Shown here piece by piece: positions 61,069 to 64,000 of a stretch of 64,000 nucleotides of DNA (within the stretch, counting starts at the first letter, position 1; each line of letters begins with the position of its first letter). The notes beneath the pieces are model-generated. The model worked only from the letters and a program-made list of their open reading frames with translations. It did not search any database and was not told the DNA's origin. The position numbers were made by a program, and so were the translations under genes. The stretch comes from Promethearchaeota archaeon. Lineage in GTDB: Archaea; Asgardarchaeota; Lokiarchaeia; Sigyniarchaeales; SOKP01. The DNA lies in contig JBHLLT010000014.1 in the NCBI GenBank assembly GCA_048938855.1, positions 1 through 64,000 of the forward strand, in the 5' to 3' direction.

Positions 61069-62289
61069 ATGAATCTGAATAGTTTAAATAATATTAAACG
61101 TAGGAATCTAATAACATTAGCTATTACCAAATTGCTTCATGGATTTGGTACTGGAATGTTTGGAATAATTTATCAACCGTTTCTTTTAGACCTTACAAAT
61201 TCAATTGTGTTGACAGGATTATTTGTTTCAATAGGATTGATGACGCAATTTACACCTATGCCATGGATTGGTAAATTATCTGACAAATATAACCGAAAAT
61301 ACATTCTAATTACAAGTGTTCCCGTATATATCATGGGTCTTTTATTTTTAATATTAGCGAGCTCAACAACTATATATTTTATAGTATTTGGGATATTATT
61401 TTACTTTTTAGGTTTTATTATCAATAATTTAAATACTCAATTCATAGTTGCAGATAATACTAGTAAATCTAAGGGATTAATGTTTGGATTTATGTATTTT
61501 TCCTATTTTGGTGGATCAATCGCAGGTACAATTTTTATAATTCTTGGAGCGGGATTAGAAAATAGATTCATTATGATGATTTTCATATTTTTACTACTTA
61601 TAGAAGAATCATTCTTCATATTCTCTCTTTCTGCTCGAAATACACATATTAGAAATCCAGAGTCTAAACCAATAAATACATTTAACAAGAAAGAAAATAT
61701 GTGGAAAAAGATTTTGAAGACAAAATCATTAAGATCCATATTAATTTTCTTTTGTCTTGATATTTTTGTTTATAGTATTTCTCTTTCAATATATACTGGT
61801 GGATTATACGATTTCTATCATCTTTCTGAACAAGATATTGCAATGATTGCATTATGGCTTAATATTGGAACTGCAGTCTTTCAAATTCCTGCGGGTCGTA
61901 TTACTGATAAAATTGGTAATAAAAAAACTTTAATTTTGAGTCAAATCTTTGGATTTGGCTTCTTTTTTACAAATATATTAGCTGTTATATTTTGGATGAA
62001 TTTTTTTAAACAGATATTAATTATGACCTTAAGTATTGGCTATCTATCATTAGCATTATCTGTCTGTACCTTTATTCCCGCTGAGCAAGTAATATTAACT
62101 AATCTCGGTGAAGATCAAAAGGCTGAATCATATGGAATTGTTTCATTTTTTAGAGGAATAGCATTGATTCCTACAGGATTTCTGGGAGGATTGATGGTAG
62201 AAAATGTTCATTATATCGCACCATTTATATTTAGTGCGATAGGTTTAGGATTTGAACTTCTATTTCTTGTTAAGTTTTTTCACGATTAA
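61069..62289 (+). CDS. MFS transporter
   Basis: About 12 TMs; GKLSDKYNRK and GRITDKIGNK motif A. Confidence 0.92.
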   Translation: MNLNSLNNIKRRNLITLAITKLLHGFGTGMFGIIYQPFLLDLTNSIVLTGLFVSIGLMTQFTPMPWIGKLSDKYNRKYILITSVPVYIMGLLFLILASSTTIYFIVFGILFYFLGFIINNLNTQFIVADNTSKSKGLMFGFMYFSYFGGSIAGTIFIILGAGLENRFIMMIFIFLLLIEESFFIFSLSARNTHIRNPESKPINTFNKKENMWKKILKTKSLRSILIFFCLDIFVYSISLSIYTGGLYDFYHLSEQDIAMIALWLNIGTAVFQIPAGRITDKIGNKKTLILSQIFGFGFFFTNILAVIFWMNFFKQILIMTLSIGYLSLALSVCTFIPAEQVILTNLGEDQKAESYGIVSFFRGIALIPTGFLGGLMVENVHYIAPFIFSAIGLGFELLFLVKFFHD

Positions 62290-62391
62290 ATAGTACCTAT
62301 TCAATAAAATGAAAAGAAATATAATTTTTAGACAATTCAATTTCTTAATTTTCAAATTAAAAGTATTCTAAACTATACAAATGGTGAAATT

Positions 62392-63651
62392 ATGGGTAAA
62401 CTAAATAGAAGAGTTGCCATAGTAGGAGCGGGTATGTGTAAATTTGGCCGCAATTTTCCCACCAAACGTAATCCAGATATGTGGGTTGATGCTTGGATTG
62501 ATGCAGTAAGTAGAACAGATAATGGTATTGAACCTAAGGATGTAGATGCTTGCTATGTTGGAAATTATTCTTCAGATTTATTTAATCATCAAGGTCATTT
62601 AGGACCACAAATGGCTGATTTAGTTGGTCTAACTCCAAAACCTGCTGCTAGATTTGAAGGTGCATGCGCTAGTAGTGGAGTTGCCTTTCGTCAAGGAATC
62701 TTAGCGATTGCATCAGGTGTTCATGATGTTGTTGCTGTAAGTGGAGTCGAATGTATGACGGAGGTATCTACTACTTTAGTAACTGACACATTAGCAACTG
62801 CTTCAGATAATTTATTTGAGTATCCTGCGGGAGCAACCTTTCCAGGGTTATATGCTGCAGTTGCATCAGCGCATTTTCACAAATTTGGAACAACTCATGA
62901 TGATTTAAAACGAATAGCGATCAAAAATCATGAAAATGGAAGTCAAAATCCTTACGCGCAAATGCAACAATCTTTGAAAGATATTATGGCAAGTAAAATA
63001 AAAAAACTTGAAACTGAAGGTAGAAACGTACCAGATTGGAAAGATGAAATAGATTTTTTAAATAGTTCATCGAATCCTATAATTGCTTCTCCTTTACGAT
63101 TATTCGATTGTTCATTAGTAACTGATGGTGCTGCTTGCGTATTCTTAGTAGCAGAGGATGTGGCAAAAAGATTTACTGATACCCCAATTTGGATAACAGG
63201 AACAGGACAAGGAAGTGCTGCACTTTCTCTACATGATAGAGGTGAGATAACGGGTTTTATCGCAGCTAGAGAAGCTGCTCAACAAGCCTACGAAATGTCA
63301 GGTTTAGGACCTAAGGATATCCAAATTGCGGAAGTCCATGATTGCTTTACAATCGCTGAACTGATTGCTTTGGAAGATTTAGGATTTTATGAAAAAGGTA
63401 AAGCAGCAGAAGCTATAAAAAATGGTGAAACAAAACGAGATGGCGTAAGACCAATCAACACTTCTGGAGGGTTAAAATCAAAAGGACACCCAGTTGGAGC
63501 AACTGGTGCTGCTATGGCAGTTGAAATCTTTAAACAAATGCGTGGTATCGCTGAAAGGGATAGGCAGGTGAAATTTGATGTCGAGAGAGCATTGACTCAT
63601 AATTTAGGAGGTTCTGGAGCCACATGTGTGGTTACCATATATGAAAAATAA
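62392..63651 (+). CDS. Archaeal/SCP2-type thiolase
   Basis: EGACASS, EVHDCF, GGLKSKGHPVGATG, HNLGG. Confidence 0.93.
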   Translation: MGKLNRRVAIVGAGMCKFGRNFPTKRNPDMWVDAWIDAVSRTDNGIEPKDVDACYVGNYSSDLFNHQGHLGPQMADLVGLTPKPAARFEGACASSGVAFRQGILAIASGVHDVVAVSGVECMTEVSTTLVTDTLATASDNLFEYPAGATFPGLYAAVASAHFHKFGTTHDDLKRIAIKNHENGSQNPYAQMQQSLKDIMASKIKKLETEGRNVPDWKDEIDFLNSSSNPIIASPLRLFDCSLVTDGAACVFLVAEDVAKRFTDTPIWITGTGQGSAALSLHDRGEITGFIAAREAAQQAYEMSGLGPKDIQIAEVHDCFTIAELIALEDLGFYEKGKAAEAIKNGETKRDGVRPINTSGGLKSKGHPVGATGAAMAVEIFKQMRGIAERDRQVKFDVERALTHNLGGSGATCVVTIYEK

Positions 63652-63668
63652 GAAGGTGACAAATAAAA

Positions 63669-64000
63669 ATGTTAAAAAATGAAATTACAATTCAAAATTA
63701 TTTAGACTTCATTCATAACAAAAAATTGATGGGTTCTAAATGTAAAAAATGTGGTGCTTTTGATGTCCCTCCAAGAAAATTATGTGTAAAATGTAATTCA
63801 ACTGATACAGAATGGATTGAAATGTCTGGAAAAGGTAAAATTGCTGCTTTTTCTTGCATTACAGTAGGAACCACTTTTATGGTTAATAAAGGATATTCAA
63901 TGAAAAAGCCCTATTGTTTTTCAGTCATACAACTCGATGAAGGACCAATGATCTCAGGTCAGCTGGTTGGTGTTGATGAAACCAAACCGGATGATATAAA
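63669..64000 (+). CDS. DUF35 Zn-ribbon/OB-fold thiolase partner (runs off the window end)
   Basis: MLKNEITIQNYLDFIHNKKLMGSKCKKCGAFDVPPRKLCVKC..GKGKI..PY....LDEG; AAGGTGA RBS. Confidence 0.9.
   Translation, partial: MLKNEITIQNYLDFIHNKKLMGSKCKKCGAFDVPPRKLCVKCNSTDTEWIEMSGKGKIAAFSCITVGTTFMVNKGYSMKKPYCFSVIQLDEGPMISGQLVGVDETKPDDI

Noticed and set aside
1-64000. Selenocysteine readthrough, CRISPR arrays, tRNA/rRNA, IS elements
   Set aside because: The TGA stops examined fall at natural protein ends; no spaced repeats, cloverleafs or transposase ORFs were seen by eye (tRNAscan/Infernal not run)

Overview
AT-rich archaeal chromosomal DNA. GGTGA/GAGG ribosome-binding sites, TTTA(A/T)ATA promoters, T-run terminators and the gene content suggest an Asgard archaeon (Lokiarchaeia-like); this is inference, not a database assignment. 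No rRNA, tRNA, CRISPR array or transposase was seen. Most genes serve anaerobic acyl-CoA metabolism: thiolases, 2-hydroxyacyl-CoA dehydratase subunits plus activator, tungsten AOR, a ferredoxin-fused ETF with acyl-CoA dehydrogenase, a split B12 acyl-CoA mutase with MeaB, GlcD/GlcF-type oxidoreductases and a CoA-transferase. Highlights: (1) a 22-31 kb locus with three collinear ~220-aa three-helix coiled-coil paralogues (possibly BAR-like), a roadblock-coiled-coil protein, an unannotated acidic microprotein and a divergent RHH regulator, flanked by ion/osmotic transporters; (2) a 32-bp operator+TATA motif repeated 3-4 times before membrane-protein genes that end in a membrane-anchored wHTH regulator; (3) at least three genes that appear to start at ATA/ATT; (4) a B12 acyl-CoA mutase with an atypical active site; (5) two microproteins missed by the ORF track.
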